A stretch of 64,000 nt of DNA from NCBI GenBank assembly GCA_009859145.1, contig VRVR01000038.1, positions 1 through 64,000 of the forward strand, given 5' to 3'. The notes under the pieces were generated by a model. It searched no databases and was not told the origin of the DNA. It saw nothing but the letters and a program-made list of their open reading frames with translations. Within the stretch, counting starts at the first letter, position 1, and every line of letters begins with the position of its first letter. The stretch comes from Andalucia godoyi And28 (lineage: Eukaryota; Protista; Jakobida). The position numbers and the translations under genes were made by a program. Positions 41,134 through 51,565 of the stretch are shown piece after piece.

Positions 41134-41487
41134 CTATTCTTTCTGGACCGCGGCCCACTTGCTCCGCTCCTTCTCTTCCTTCTGAGCCTTGCGCTGCCTG
41201 ACGTTCTCGAGTCTCTTCTTCGTCTTCTCCGTTCGGTCCGTCATGTTGCTCATTTGCTTCTTTAGCTGCTTAAGCTTTGCAATGTAAAGCGGAATCTGGT
41301 CCATTGTTGCCACAATGTCATCCGGAACCGCGATAATTGCAGACTCGGGGGCATCAATGGTCCTGATCATGGACAACATCTCCTGGTGCGTTGCTTCAAG
41401 CTCCGACAAGTCTCGATCCAGAACTCCAATCATCGATTCATATGTCCTGCACAGCGCAGACGCAAGCTCTCTCTCGGCAGTCATCAT
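41134..41487 (-). CDS. Snapin-like BLOC-1/BORC subunit
   Basis: Short coiled-coil protein; LDRDLSELEATHQEM..IPLYIAKLKQLKKQM..KKRL matches the Snapin/Pallidin pattern. Confidence 0.65.
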   Translation of the reverse strand: MMTAERELASALCRTYESMIGVLDRDLSELEATHQEMLSMIRTIDAPESAIIAVPDDIVATMDQIPLYIAKLKQLKKQMSNMTDRTEKTKKRLENVRQRKAQKEEKERSKWAAVQKE

Positions 41488-41755
41488 GGGCAGGTCTCTC
41501 TCCCCTCTGCCTCTCTCCCCCTCTGTCTCTCTCCTCTCTGTCTCTCTCCACGTGTGCTAGGCGGTAGAAGGGGGGCACAGGGGGGCAAAAAAAGAAGGAA
41601 GACGCCGGGTGCGCTGATGAATTGCAATAAGCAAGTTTCCACTTGGAGGGTTGTCCGTCGCAAATACATAATAAACAGCACCGCCTACAGAAGTTAACCC
41701 TAATTCCTTTCTTTTTTATGGCATCCGTTGTACAGTGTTGTTTACTCTTTAAAGC

Positions 41756-44386
41756 CTACACGTGGTTCTTCGTCAAAGTCGCGTCTTCCACTGCCTTGTG
41801 CTTTGCAAGGACCGCATCGTCGTGCGAAGTCAATATCTCAAAGACTTCTTCCAGCGTGGTCTTCGAGATGCCCCAGTCCGTGATTCCCAGACTCTGTTTC
41901 ACATCTTCGAAGCGCCGGAACACGTCCGACATCCGCAGCGATGCGTAAGGAATTGAGAAATGCGAAGTGCCGTTCAAAGAGTCCACCAACCGCGCACCCG
42001 CAAACGACTGCGTCACAAATTGCTTGACACGTGCATCATTGACTGCATAGTTGGCTACCGAGACAGACAGTCGGTAGCCCTCGCCATAGGACGTCTTGAG
42101 CTGCTCGGCGTGGCCAACAGCAACCAATCGACCGTGGTTCATGATGGTTATGCGATCTGCAAGTGCATCAGCTTCTTCCATGGAGTGGGTCGTCAGAATC
42201 ATGGCCCGACCAGGCTTGGCTGCCTGGATGGCATCCCAAACTTCGCGACGAGAGTGGGGATCAAGACCAGTCGTCGGCTCGTCCAAAAACACAATCTTTG
42301 GATTTCCCATCAGCGAAATTGCAACGGACAGGCGACGTTTCATTCCGCCCGAGTACCCAGCAGAGCGTACATTTTGGAAATCCGTCAAGTTCACTGCTTT
42401 CAACGCTGCTTCAACAGCCTCCAGCAGCGGCTTGCCCTTCAGGCCCTTGATGCGGCCATAAAACAACAAGTGCTCACGACCCGTTTGCTCGGGCCAAAGA
42501 ATATCAAATTGCGGGCAAACACCCATGAAGGAGTAGATGCGGTCCATCTCCTGCACGAGGTCGTATCCTCCCATGGACACCTCCCCCGAGGTGGGTGGAA
42601 TAAGACCGGATAGAATCGAGATCAGCGTGGTTTTCCCAGCACCGTTGTGTCCGATCATCGCAGTCAAGGAGTTTTCAGGGATCACAAACGACACATTCTG
42701 AACCGCAGTCACATCCCGAGTCGACGTAATGAATCGCTTGTGCATGTTTCGAACAATCACTCCTCGGAAATCCTCCGCACTCAGATGATCGGCCCGAGGT
42801 GACATCGCAGTCTGTTGGGAATCCGACGACTCTTTCATCGCCGCAACAATCTTTTCCACGCGAGCACGCTCGCTGCTGACGTCGTGAGCTTCCATAACGC
42901 GATCTCGGTGACCCTCGGAGGCCGCCAGCTTTTCCAGCTTTGCTGCACGCGCATAGGCACCGACTCCTAACTTGACGGCAATCCGGGGCCAACTCTGAAT
43001 GACAAAGAACAAGGCAAAAAGCACGATTCCTTCTCCAATCAGCAAGCCAAAAACATCATACAGCTGATTTCCAGACGAATTCGCGTTGGAAAACGTGAGA
43101 CCTGGAAGAGGATTTGCCGACGCCGTTGACAAGTACCGCAGACCCCGATTGAGGGCGAACGTTGGAATCAGCGAAGGAAGAGTGATGGCTGCAGCCGATG
43201 TAGTCGGCTCATCCATGAGCTGCTGGTTCGTGACGTCTGCCGCGATTCCGGCGAGGATGATGTAGAAGTATAGCGTAATTGTGGACGCTCGAGTCGTCTT
43301 GAACAGCGTCGACAAGAAGAACGAAAATCCCGTCAGAGTGAATCCCCAGATGAGCATCAAAAGGATGTACAGTCCCGGCGCGTTCATGGTGAAAAATCGC
43401 AGCTGGAATAGATTTCCAAAGAAGACAGTGACAATCACGACACCCAAGTACAACAGCCAATCGAAGAACAGCTGCACCCACCAGTACACAGAGCCCTTCA
43501 ATCCCATCATTCTCATCATATCGCGCAACTTGTACTCCTTTTCAAAGACAATCGACTCCACGAAAACGGGCATCAAAAAGTGCAGAATCCACGTGTAGTA
43601 CAGCGACTGCACAAACACGGCAAAATCAAAGTACGTCTCCAGAGGCTTCGACGGAAGCTTCTGGTACTGGACAACGTAGTTCGCAGACTTGCTATTCTGC
43701 ACCGCCAGCATGTTTACGAAGGACCGAACCGAAGACATCAGCGGGCCCGGAACATCCTGCATTGCAATCGACCTTCCTCTGCTCCCCGAGTCCACCTCTT
43801 CGACCGTTCCATTGTAGTAGATGGACAGCGTCAGCTGGCCGCCCACTGAGGCATTGTTCACATTTCCAATGAGCAGTCCAGAAGGCACGCTTGACCCCTG
43901 TCCATACACGTTGAACATGTACGCATCGACGCCGGCCTTGTCCGAATAGCTCTGGAACGCAGGATACGCACCAATCTGCTTCCCGCCGAACGCAGTAAAC
44001 GTGTTGGCCGCAGAAAATCCGGCCAAAAAGCTACTTACAATCGACGTAGACAGTGAAGATGAAGTGACCGAGTACGGAAACGAAGAGGCCACTGAGCCCT
44101 TTGTGAACACCTCGATGACTCCCGGCAAAGGAGCCGGGGTCGGGTTATCAGACGTCTTGGTTGCCGAAAGCGATTTCGACAGAATCGACAGAAGCAGCAG
44201 AATCAACAGGAGAAACATTGGAAAGCAGATCTGGCAGCAATTCGTCTTCTTCTGCCGACGCTGCAACACTGCTTGTTTTCTAAGAAGAGCATTGAACTGT
44301 GAACCAGTCGAGGTCCGAACTGCATGAATCTTTTCGTACTGACCACTCATCGCTGTTTGCCCACTATAATCTTGAATCTTTGCCAT
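41756..44386 (-). CDS. ABC transporter subfamily A (one TMD plus one NBD)
   Basis: LLRKQAVLQRR, EKEYKLRDMM.MMGL, Walker A GHNGAGKTT, GVCPQFDILW, YSGGMKRRLSVA, VFLDEPTTGLD, LTTHSMEEA. Confidence 0.93.
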   Translation of the reverse strand: MAKIQDYSGQTAMSGQYEKIHAVRTSTGSQFNALLRKQAVLQRRQKKTNCCQICFPMFLLLILLLLSILSKSLSATKTSDNPTPAPLPGVIEVFTKGSVASSFPYSVTSSSLSTSIVSSFLAGFSAANTFTAFGGKQIGAYPAFQSYSDKAGVDAYMFNVYGQGSSVPSGLLIGNVNNASVGGQLTLSIYYNGTVEEVDSGSRGRSIAMQDVPGPLMSSVRSFVNMLAVQNSKSANYVVQYQKLPSKPLETYFDFAVFVQSLYYTWILHFLMPVFVESIVFEKEYKLRDMMRMMGLKGSVYWWVQLFFDWLLYLGVVIVTVFFGNLFQLRFFTMNAPGLYILLMLIWGFTLTGFSFFLSTLFKTTRASTITLYFYIILAGIAADVTNQQLMDEPTTSAAAITLPSLIPTFALNRGLRYLSTASANPLPGLTFSNANSSGNQLYDVFGLLIGEGIVLFALFFVIQSWPRIAVKLGVGAYARAAKLEKLAASEGHRDRVMEAHDVSSERARVEKIVAAMKESSDSQQTAMSPRADHLSAEDFRGVIVRNMHKRFITSTRDVTAVQNVSFVIPENSLTAMIGHNGAGKTTLISILSGLIPPTSGEVSMGGYDLVQEMDRIYSFMGVCPQFDILWPEQTGREHLLFYGRIKGLKGKPLLEAVEAALKAVNLTDFQNVRSAGYSGGMKRRLSVAISLMGNPKIVFLDEPTTGLDPHSRREVWDAIQAAKPGRAMILTTHSMEEADALADRITIMNHGRLVAVGHAEQLKTSYGEGYRLSVSVANYAVNDARVKQFVTQSFAGARLVDSLNGTSHFSIPYASLRMSDVFRRFEDVKQSLGITDWGISKTTLEEVFEILTSHDDAVLAKHKAVEDATLTKNHV

Positions 44387-44763
44387 CCACACTTTTAATC
44401 CAGAGGACAAAAGCGAATATCGTTGTTTTGTTTTGCTTTGTTGTTGTTGGGTTTGTTTGTTTGTTTGTTTGTTTTTTCTTCCAAAAAAGTATATATATAT
44501 ATAAAATATTAAAAATGACAATAATCAATAATGATTTGAATAATGCAGAAGGAAAAAACAGAAACGACAATCCGAGCAAACGAAGCGCTAAGCCAAAAAG
44601 GCTTTCCATGGTCGTCTCTCAATTGATCAGTTTGGAGGGAATGAAATGGCGATCGTGCCGCAGTGCCGCACGATTTTGCCGCGAGTTGAGGCTTTGATGC
44701 TTTGTTTGTTTGGCTTGTTTTGTTTTTTCGCATCGGTTTCCGTTTTGGGAAACCCTCCACAAT

Positions 44764-45358
44764 CGCCTACAGTATACACTGAACATGCATAACTACGAAT
44801 AGACATGCGTATTCAATCTGGCATCCCGTTGCCGGGAAGGGGATCGGCCCCAACACACCTCACGGCGCTCTTCAGATAGATGTTCCGCGCTCCGTTCCCA
44901 ATCTCGATCAATCGGTGAGCCACTTTCTCAGCATGACACGTTGCTCCTGAGAAGGGGTGCATTTTGATTCTGACGGCCCTAGCAGCAGGCGCTTTCGTGT
45001 CCTCAGTTGCAGCGATTGATGCACCTGGAGATACGAGAGGAAGAGGCGGTAGGCGTAGTGACACGTGGTCTCTTAGGAGGTCTGCGGGACCTAGGAGGCC
45101 CTGTATCGAGCGGAGTAGGCGTAGGCGAATGCGTCATCGCAGCGCACCCATGCCCATATTTGAATTAAAAAAGTGAAGCCAAAAAACCAAACCAACGAAT
45201 GATAGAATAGATGGCTACGGATGCTACATTAAAGAGTGTCGAAAATGCAGAGCCTGTGTCACCGGCTGAATTTTGGCCGAGCGTGCGTAAGCACGAATTC
45301 CTGTGAAACAAAACGTGCTAGTGTCGGTCAGTATCGACCGTGTCTGTTTATGTATACT
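44764..45358 (-). mobile_element. Miniature internally deleted Fanzor2/TnpB-like element, family D copy A
   Basis: Inverted near-identical copy of 50385-50966. Encodes RAVRIKMHP / SQEQRVMLRKWL and IDRDW/NGARNIYLKS, broken by frameshifts. Confidence 0.75.
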
Positions 45359-45565
45359 TCCTTCCGTATGCATGACAATGACGTGTTATTATATAATTCA
45401 ACGGTTTTTTTTTTGTTGGTTTTTTCTTTCTTTTTTGTCCGACGATAGGTTTTCTAGAAGAGAAAACGACGCGAGACGACAGACTAAGGACCGATTGTTG
45501 GAGAGGTGATTTGTGAACTGCGATCGGTAAGTGCTACAACAGGACTGCGAGGAGGGAAGGACGAT

Positions 45566-47398
45566 ATGGCGCGTGCATTTGGCTTGCGTACACACAGGCG
45601 TGGGCTTGGGCTTGGGCTTGTGTTCGCCTGTCTGTGCGCGCTTCGACTCGATTGTGCGTTGGGGGACTGTTTTGCGACGAATTTACGAGCGTTTGATATG
45701 TATGTGCCGGCGACTGCGATGAATCTTTGCCTGACGCCCGCGTCGAACTGCTCTCACATCTCCTTTGTGATTGAACACGATGGGAAATCCAAAAGCGGTG
45801 CTCGTCGTGTGCACGGAGAGGAGGCGCCGTCGGGGTTCACGCAGATAGCGTCTGGTACGTGGACCGACTGCTTGAACACCACAGGCTGGACACAGTTTTC
45901 CTTCACTTCGTTGCCGAATGTTCCGCCCCGTCTGCAGTCTCTTGCAGCGGGGTATGCAGAAGGTGTGCTGGCGCAGGAGAAGATCTGGAGCTATGCGCGA
46001 AATGCATACACGGTCGTCTTTGGGAACAAGACTGCGCATTTTACGTACCCGGCTAAGCTGGAGGCGTTTCTTCATGAGCACTACGCGTACTTGGAGAAGC
46101 AGATTGCGGATTTTGCAACGGAAGACGTGTCGGGATACTGGGCGCAAATCCAGCTGTTGAATGATCAGATGGAGGGGCTGTTGGAAGGCTACATGTCGGC
46201 TGCTGCAGTGGATCAAGCGCTGACGTGGATGGACTTTTTGATTCTGCAGTTGAATGGAGACTTGGACCAGCTTATTCCCGTCTGTGCGCAGGACTTGGAG
46301 CTCATCAAGACGAAAGGAAGCTCGAGAAATGGAAATCTCCTTAGCAGGAAGGAAGCGTTTGAACGAATTTCGGTCTCCAGATGCTCCGCCATTGTGAAGC
46401 TGACTGCAGATTTCTCAGAACTCTACACCGCACACACAACATGGGGCTCTTATTCCGTGATGTTGCGAACGTTCAAGCAGTACAACTTTGCATTTAACGG
46501 AGTTGCGTCGAACAAAATGGCCTTGTCGTCATATCCAGGAGTCATTGCGTCAGTCGACGACTTCTATGCGATGCCGGACTCGAAACTGGCTGTGACAGAA
46601 ACGACAAACGACATCTTGAATGACGACCTGCTGGACAAAATCACCAAGGATTCTGTAATGTACTGGATGAGAGTCATGGTTGCGTGTCGTCTTGCTTCCA
46701 ATACCGAGGAGTGGACCACGACGTTTGCACAGTCCAACTCCGGAACCTACAATAATCAGTGGATTGTGGTCGACTACAAGCTCTTCACCCCCGGACAGTC
46801 TCTCGCTGCTGGTGCTGTTCGGATTTTGGAACAGATTCCAGGAGACACCGCGTCATTGGATGTCACATCGTATGTGGTCCAAGGGCATTGGGCATCGTAC
46901 AACCGCCCGTTCTTCCCACAGTTCTTCGAAGCTCTCGGCTACCCAAAGTACGCCGCCACGTACGGAGACATTTACTCGTACGCGGCATGTCCTCGAGCTG
47001 AAATTTTCAGACGCGATGCGGACTCTATTGCATCTCTGCACGACACCAAAAAGTTTATTGTGTACAATAACTTCAAGGTGGATCCGCTGTCGTCTGGATA
47101 TCCAGGAAACTCGATTGCGGCCCGTTTTGATCTCAAAGGAGGCCCATTTGACGACTCTGGTCTGAATTGGTTTTACCATGGTTTGCATGGCGGTATTGAC
47201 GGAAAGGTTGTCTCAAACGAATTGATGCAGGATGGGTCTGTGCATGCCATATCTGGTCCGACGCACGACGATGTGCCTCCATTTGTATGGAGCGCTGAAT
47301 GGGACTGGGCTCCGCATGAGGGCCTTCCCAGCGTCTATGACTTTGATTGGGTCCATTTCAAGAGCGACGGTTCGGCAGAAGTGCTGCAGCACTCGTAG
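45566..47398 (+). CDS. Phospholipase B-like protein (PLBD, Ntn hydrolase)
   Basis: Signal peptide; RCSAIVKL..ELYTAHTTW, SSYPG..SVDDFY, TETT, NSGTYNNQW, EQIPG, WASYNRPF, PRAEIFRRD. Confidence 0.92.
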   Translation: MARAFGLRTHRRGLGLGLVFACLCALRLDCALGDCFATNLRAFDMYVPATAMNLCLTPASNCSHISFVIEHDGKSKSGARRVHGEEAPSGFTQIASGTWTDCLNTTGWTQFSFTSLPNVPPRLQSLAAGYAEGVLAQEKIWSYARNAYTVVFGNKTAHFTYPAKLEAFLHEHYAYLEKQIADFATEDVSGYWAQIQLLNDQMEGLLEGYMSAAAVDQALTWMDFLILQLNGDLDQLIPVCAQDLELIKTKGSSRNGNLLSRKEAFERISVSRCSAIVKLTADFSELYTAHTTWGSYSVMLRTFKQYNFAFNGVASNKMALSSYPGVIASVDDFYAMPDSKLAVTETTNDILNDDLLDKITKDSVMYWMRVMVACRLASNTEEWTTTFAQSNSGTYNNQWIVVDYKLFTPGQSLAAGAVRILEQIPGDTASLDVTSYVVQGHWASYNRPFFPQFFEALGYPKYAATYGDIYSYAACPRAEIFRRDADSIASLHDTKKFIVYNNFKVDPLSSGYPGNSIAARFDLKGGPFDDSGLNWFYHGLHGGIDGKVVSNELMQDGSVHAISGPTHDDVPPFVWSAEWDWAPHEGLPSVYDFDWVHFKSDGSAEVLQHS

Positions 47399-47559
47399 CG
47401 GATGCCGAAAAGAAGAAAGGAATCGAAAAGAAAAGAACAGAACAGAACAGCGAAGAACCGAGAAGAATGTTTGTCGCTGCTGCTTGTACCTTTTATATTT
47501 AGTATCGCGTAAACAGAAGTGAGGGAGGGGGGAACTCTCGAGGAAAATCCAGTGTTCTC

Positions 47560-50151
47560 TCACCATCCTGTGCCAAACGTATGGTGAGGTGTATGGCGAG
47601 TGACAGGATTTGCATTTTCATACGAACCCGGTCCGGGAATCTTCTTGCGGGCCTCAAAATCGAGGTCCTTCAGATGGTCACCGAAGGTGTACCGCGGAGA
47701 AGACTTCCCTGTCCCTGACGGCGGTCTGTATTTCGGACCCGGAGACTCGGAGACGCCCTTCATCGGGATCGGACGTCCGAATCGTGGGGCAAGTGAAACT
47801 GGTGTGATCGGCGGTGTCTGGCGATTCCTGGAAGACCGAGAGGTTCCGCTGCCATGTGAGGCCACGGAAGACGCTGTTCCGTGATCGGATGAAAATTCTG
47901 CAAGTCGGTCGGCTTTGTCCGACAGGATAACAGATAAGCGATACGAGGATGATCCAACGGATCCAGGACGTTGATGGGCACTTGAAGACGTCAGCACAGC
48001 CGGCTCCTGCTCATCTGAATGGTCATGCGAGTCAATTGTATGTGCACGACGGCGAGTGGGCGGAAGACCGGAGGCTGAGGAGGTCCGTGGACGCAAATCT
48101 CGCGAAGGCGGAACTTCACTGAGCGTCTCGTGAGGTTGCGACGCGGCGATTTCCGGGCGTCCTGCAGAAATAGGATGCCCAGAAGAGGAGCGCAAGGCTG
48201 TTATCGATTTCGAATAGCTTCGCTCCGTTAAAATACTAAGTTCTTCAGGGGAGGTGTTCAGCGTTCCCGTGTAGTAGCGAGCCAGGAAGGACCGAAAAGC
48301 AAGAGACGTCCCAGTGTGTTCTTTTGTAAGAATCGGGCCGGACTCGAAATTGATGGATGCCTGGAACTTGGCCATCGATTTCAAGCGGCCCAATACGGAG
48401 CTCTCTTCGGGGTGCTGCTTGAACACTTTTGTTCGTTGCTTGGGCTTGGTCGAGGACGCAGGAGTGGCAACAGAGGACGACGACGACGATGATGATGATG
48501 ATGACGATGACTTTGCAGGAGGCAACGAAAGCCGAGGAACGACTGATGGCAATCCTTTGGTCGATGGAGGATTGGACATCTTTTTTGCATGAGACGGAGG
48601 CGGAATGCGGGCATTCCAACTTGGTCTCGTTGGACTTGGATGACTTTGCATCTTTTTCTTGGGCTTCTTGGGTACTCCATTTGGTTTCATTGCAGTGCTC
48701 GTGTTTGGAGAAGCGGTCGATGTGGACTTTTTCCCTTTCCGCTTTCGTCCTGGACCAGAGGCTGATGGATGAGCTGAGGACGCTGTGGCGTCGTTCTCCC
48801 AACCGTGGACCGACTGGGCTTCGCTCCCTGCATATCTATACCCATCGTCGTCGTCGTCGTCGTCGACAACGTTACCGTCTTTCGCAATGCAAACACTATT
48901 CTCCAAATCTGCAATCTCTTCAGCACATCCAGGTTGGCTGTCTTCATTCTGCCCATCAACCTCGATTGCATTTGTCTCTTCCACCTCTTTATATTCCTCT
49001 TCCTGCTCTTCCTGCTCTTCCTGCTCTTCCTGCTCTTCCTGCTCTTCCTGCTCTTCCACATCTTCCACATCTTCCACCTCTTCCACCTCTTCCACCTCTT
49101 CCACCTCTTCCACCTCTTCCACCTCTTCCACCTCTTCCACCTCTTCCACCTCTTCCACCTCTTCCACCTCTTCCACCTCTTCCTGCTCTCCTGCGCCTTC
49201 TTGGTTTTCTGGATGGTCAACATCGATGTGCGGATCTATCGACACCTCGCTTCTGGTGAACTCGCGCTCCTCTGCTTCTGCAACACACGAAGAGCCATTT
49301 GCATCGGCTGGGCTATCCGAGTATTCATCCCATTCTTTGGCACCCAGCAAAGACCTTGCCACAGCTGGATTCTCCGCCACTTCACTCGACTGCTGATCAT
49401 CGGCTTTCTCCTCGTCGCCTCGCTGCACCTTCTCATCGAAACCACTTTCGTCGCTGTCCTTTTCAAACTCATCTTGGCCATACTCCCCGCAGGCATCGGA
49501 AGCTTGCGGATCGTCCGTATCCGCTGCAGTGGGGTCTACATCCACTGTCGAGTCAAACTCGTATCCATCATCGTTGCCAGCTCCCAGACTCATATCAGAA
49601 CCTGCATCCTCAAAAATGAAATCCGGAGACTCTGTTCCATCGGTTCGAAGGCCGTCCTCCGCATCATCCTGGCCACTCGTCGTCAGCAAAGATGCTCCTG
49701 CCTCGTCAGAACCAGTCAATACCACAGCGTCATGGCTATGCATGCTACGATTGCTGCAATCGCTGGTTTCATCATACTCGGCAGGAAGAGAGGCATCCAA
49801 CTGCGGTGACTCGCCGAGATGATGCTGGCCCGCCCAATCATCATTACTACTTGTCAATTGAAAATCAAAACGCTCCAACCCCGACGCCGACGATGCCGCA
49901 GAAGTTTCGTTGCACGGAACATCCGGCTGGCTCAGCTGACTTGACGGAGCAAGAAACATGAAAGCGGAGGCGGGTCTCGAGTCCCAAAAGGCATGGCTAT
50001 CCGACTCCATCGAATCACCTAAATCTGCATCGTTGTCCCCAACCGAAAAGTCAAGTTCGTCCGAACCAAGCATTGCCGATCCATGCGAAGCAGGTCGGCT
50101 CTCATCCAACCCATCGGTGGCCTCCACCAGTGGCTCACGTGCATCCTCCAT
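47560..50151 (-). CDS. Long acidic low-complexity protein with EEV/EEQ repeats and C-terminal PGP (Shippo/STPG-like) motifs
   Basis: Continuous ORF; SESPGPKY and KKIPGPGSY near the C-terminus. Confidence 0.7.
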   Translation of the reverse strand: MEDAREPLVEATDGLDESRPASHGSAMLGSDELDFSVGDNDADLGDSMESDSHAFWDSRPASAFMFLAPSSQLSQPDVPCNETSAASSASGLERFDFQLTSSNDDWAGQHHLGESPQLDASLPAEYDETSDCSNRSMHSHDAVVLTGSDEAGASLLTTSGQDDAEDGLRTDGTESPDFIFEDAGSDMSLGAGNDDGYEFDSTVDVDPTAADTDDPQASDACGEYGQDEFEKDSDESGFDEKVQRGDEEKADDQQSSEVAENPAVARSLLGAKEWDEYSDSPADANGSSCVAEAEEREFTRSEVSIDPHIDVDHPENQEGAGEQEEVEEVEEVEEVEEVEEVEEVEEVEEVEEVEEVEEVEDVEDVEEQEEQEEQEEQEEQEEQEEEYKEVEETNAIEVDGQNEDSQPGCAEEIADLENSVCIAKDGNVVDDDDDDDGYRYAGSEAQSVHGWENDATASSAHPSASGPGRKRKGKKSTSTASPNTSTAMKPNGVPKKPKKKMQSHPSPTRPSWNARIPPPSHAKKMSNPPSTKGLPSVVPRLSLPPAKSSSSSSSSSSSSSVATPASSTKPKQRTKVFKQHPEESSVLGRLKSMAKFQASINFESGPILTKEHTGTSLAFRSFLARYYTGTLNTSPEELSILTERSYSKSITALRSSSGHPISAGRPEIAASQPHETLSEVPPSRDLRPRTSSASGLPPTRRRAHTIDSHDHSDEQEPAVLTSSSAHQRPGSVGSSSYRLSVILSDKADRLAEFSSDHGTASSVASHGSGTSRSSRNRQTPPITPVSLAPRFGRPIPMKGVSESPGPKYRPPSGTGKSSPRYTFGDHLKDLDFEARKKIPGPGSYENANPVTRHTPHHTFGTGW
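48998..49186. repeat. 9-bp coding minisatellites (TCTTCCTGC)n and (TCTTCCACC)n encoding (EEQ)n and (EEV)n
   Basis: Direct reading. Confidence 0.92.
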
Positions 50152-50384
50152 AGGCAATAATCAATTACAATACGCAACGCGCGAACGAAATGTGTGTCTG
50201 TGTGTGTGTGTGTGTGTGAAAAGTGAGATTCAGGTTTGGTTAGGGACCAAACATTTGCACGAGGTGCTTGGCAAGTGGAGGAGTGGGGACGTAGAGGAAT
50301 GGAGAACAGTGCTTTTCTTTCAATAGGGCTGCAGTATGATGATGATGATGATACTGCTGATTTGCACGGTTCCTAAAAAAATTC

Positions 50385-50966
50385 AGTATCCATAAACAGA
50401 CACGGTCAATACTGGCCGACACCAGCACGTTTGTTTCACAGGGGAATTCGTGCTTACGCACGCTCGGCCGAAATTCAGCCGGTGACACAGGCTCTGCATT
50501 TTCGACACTCTTTAATGTAGCATCCGTAGCCATCTATTCTATCATTCGTTGGTTTGGTTTTTTGGCTTCACTTTTTTAATTCAAATATGGGCATGGGTGC
50601 GCTGCGATGACGCATTCGCCCACGCCTACGCCGATCGATGCAGGGCCTCCTAGGTCCCGCAGACCTCCTAAGAGACCGCCTCTTCCTACTCTCGTATCTC
50701 CAGGTGCATCAATCGCTGCAACTGAGGACACGAAAGCGCCTGCTGCTAGGGCCGTCAGAAATCAAAATGCACCCTTCTCAGGAGCAACGTGTCATGCTGA
50801 GAAAGTGGCTCACCGATTGATCGAGATTGGGAACGGAGCGCGGAGCATCTATCTGAAGAGCGCCGTGAGGTGTGTTGGGGGGCCGATCCCCTTCCCGGCA
50901 ACGGGATGCCAGATTGAATACGCATGTCTATTCGTAGTTATGCATGTTCAGTGTATAATGTAGGCG
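50385..50966 (+). mobile_element. Miniature internally deleted Fanzor2/TnpB-like element, family D copy B
   Basis: ATG near 50607; IKMHPSQEQRVMLRKWL at 50761-50811 abuts ATT GAT CGA GAT TGG (G) AAC GGA GCG at 50816. Hairpins at 50893-50906 and 50922-50943. Confidence 0.75.
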
Positions 50967-51010
50967 CCCAGTGATGGTTCTGTTATGTTTTCTGATTTTA
51001 ACGACAGGTG

Positions 51011-51565
51011 CTACTCGAATTTTCTGGTTGTAATACGAATACTCTGGGGCTGGGACTGGGTGTGTTGGGCGATTTCGTGGATCTGCTGCAGAGTTCGATC
51101 GCTGACTCTGCATTTCCCATCCAACGGAGCAATGATTTGTGATGAAGGCGAACACGGCCGTCGGAACAGATGATCCAAGCTGCCGACCATTGTGCTGAAC
51201 TCGCGTTTGGCGCCACTCGATTCCTTCCCGCCAACCACGCTCGATGTACCAATACTGCTCCCGGTACTACTGTGTGTGCTGCTTGATGGTGCGTTAGTAG
51301 GATAGGGATGGACAGTCTTGTTGAGAGTGCCGACGGTGTCCGTGTACTTTGCGCGGACCTGTTCATACGCGATTCTGGGAAGCCGAAACATAAAGCGGAC
51401 GCAGTGCATGACCCTTGCTCTTGTGCGTGGCGTCTTAATCAGCTTCCGGTTCAGCTCGCCTATGCGTCGATACAGCTTCGGAAACCCATACATCCGCCCA
51501 ATCGAATACGCTAGCACCTTTTTTGATATTGACAAAACCACTAGCTTCAAGATTATGTTACTCAT
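51011..51565 (-). CDS. Hypothetical basic protein
   Basis: ATG 51565; protein-like N-terminus MSNIILKLVVLSISKKVLAYSIGRMYGFPKLYRR. Confidence 0.5.
   Translation of the reverse strand: MSNIILKLVVLSISKKVLAYSIGRMYGFPKLYRRIGELNRKLIKTPRTRARVMHCVRFMFRLPRIAYEQVRAKYTDTVGTLNKTVHPYPTNAPSSSTHSSTGSSIGTSSVVGGKESSGAKREFSTMVGSLDHLFRRPCSPSSQIIAPLDGKCRVSDRTLQQIHEIAQHTQSQPQSIRITTRKFE

Noticed and set aside
44764-44785. TA|CAGT read as a Tc1/mariner terminus with TA duplication
   Set aside because: Homology between copies extends past the TA, and the opposite ends are not flanked by TA, so the superfamily is left unassigned.
48998-49186. Tandem arrays considered as CRISPR-like
   Set aside because: Head-to-tail 9-mers with no unique spacers; no cas genes; eukaryotic context.
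48429-49809. ORFs with (LPP)n, (LFH)n, (RWK)n and (STS)n repeats
   Set aside because: Alternative frames of the 9-bp minisatellites inside the acidic protein gene.
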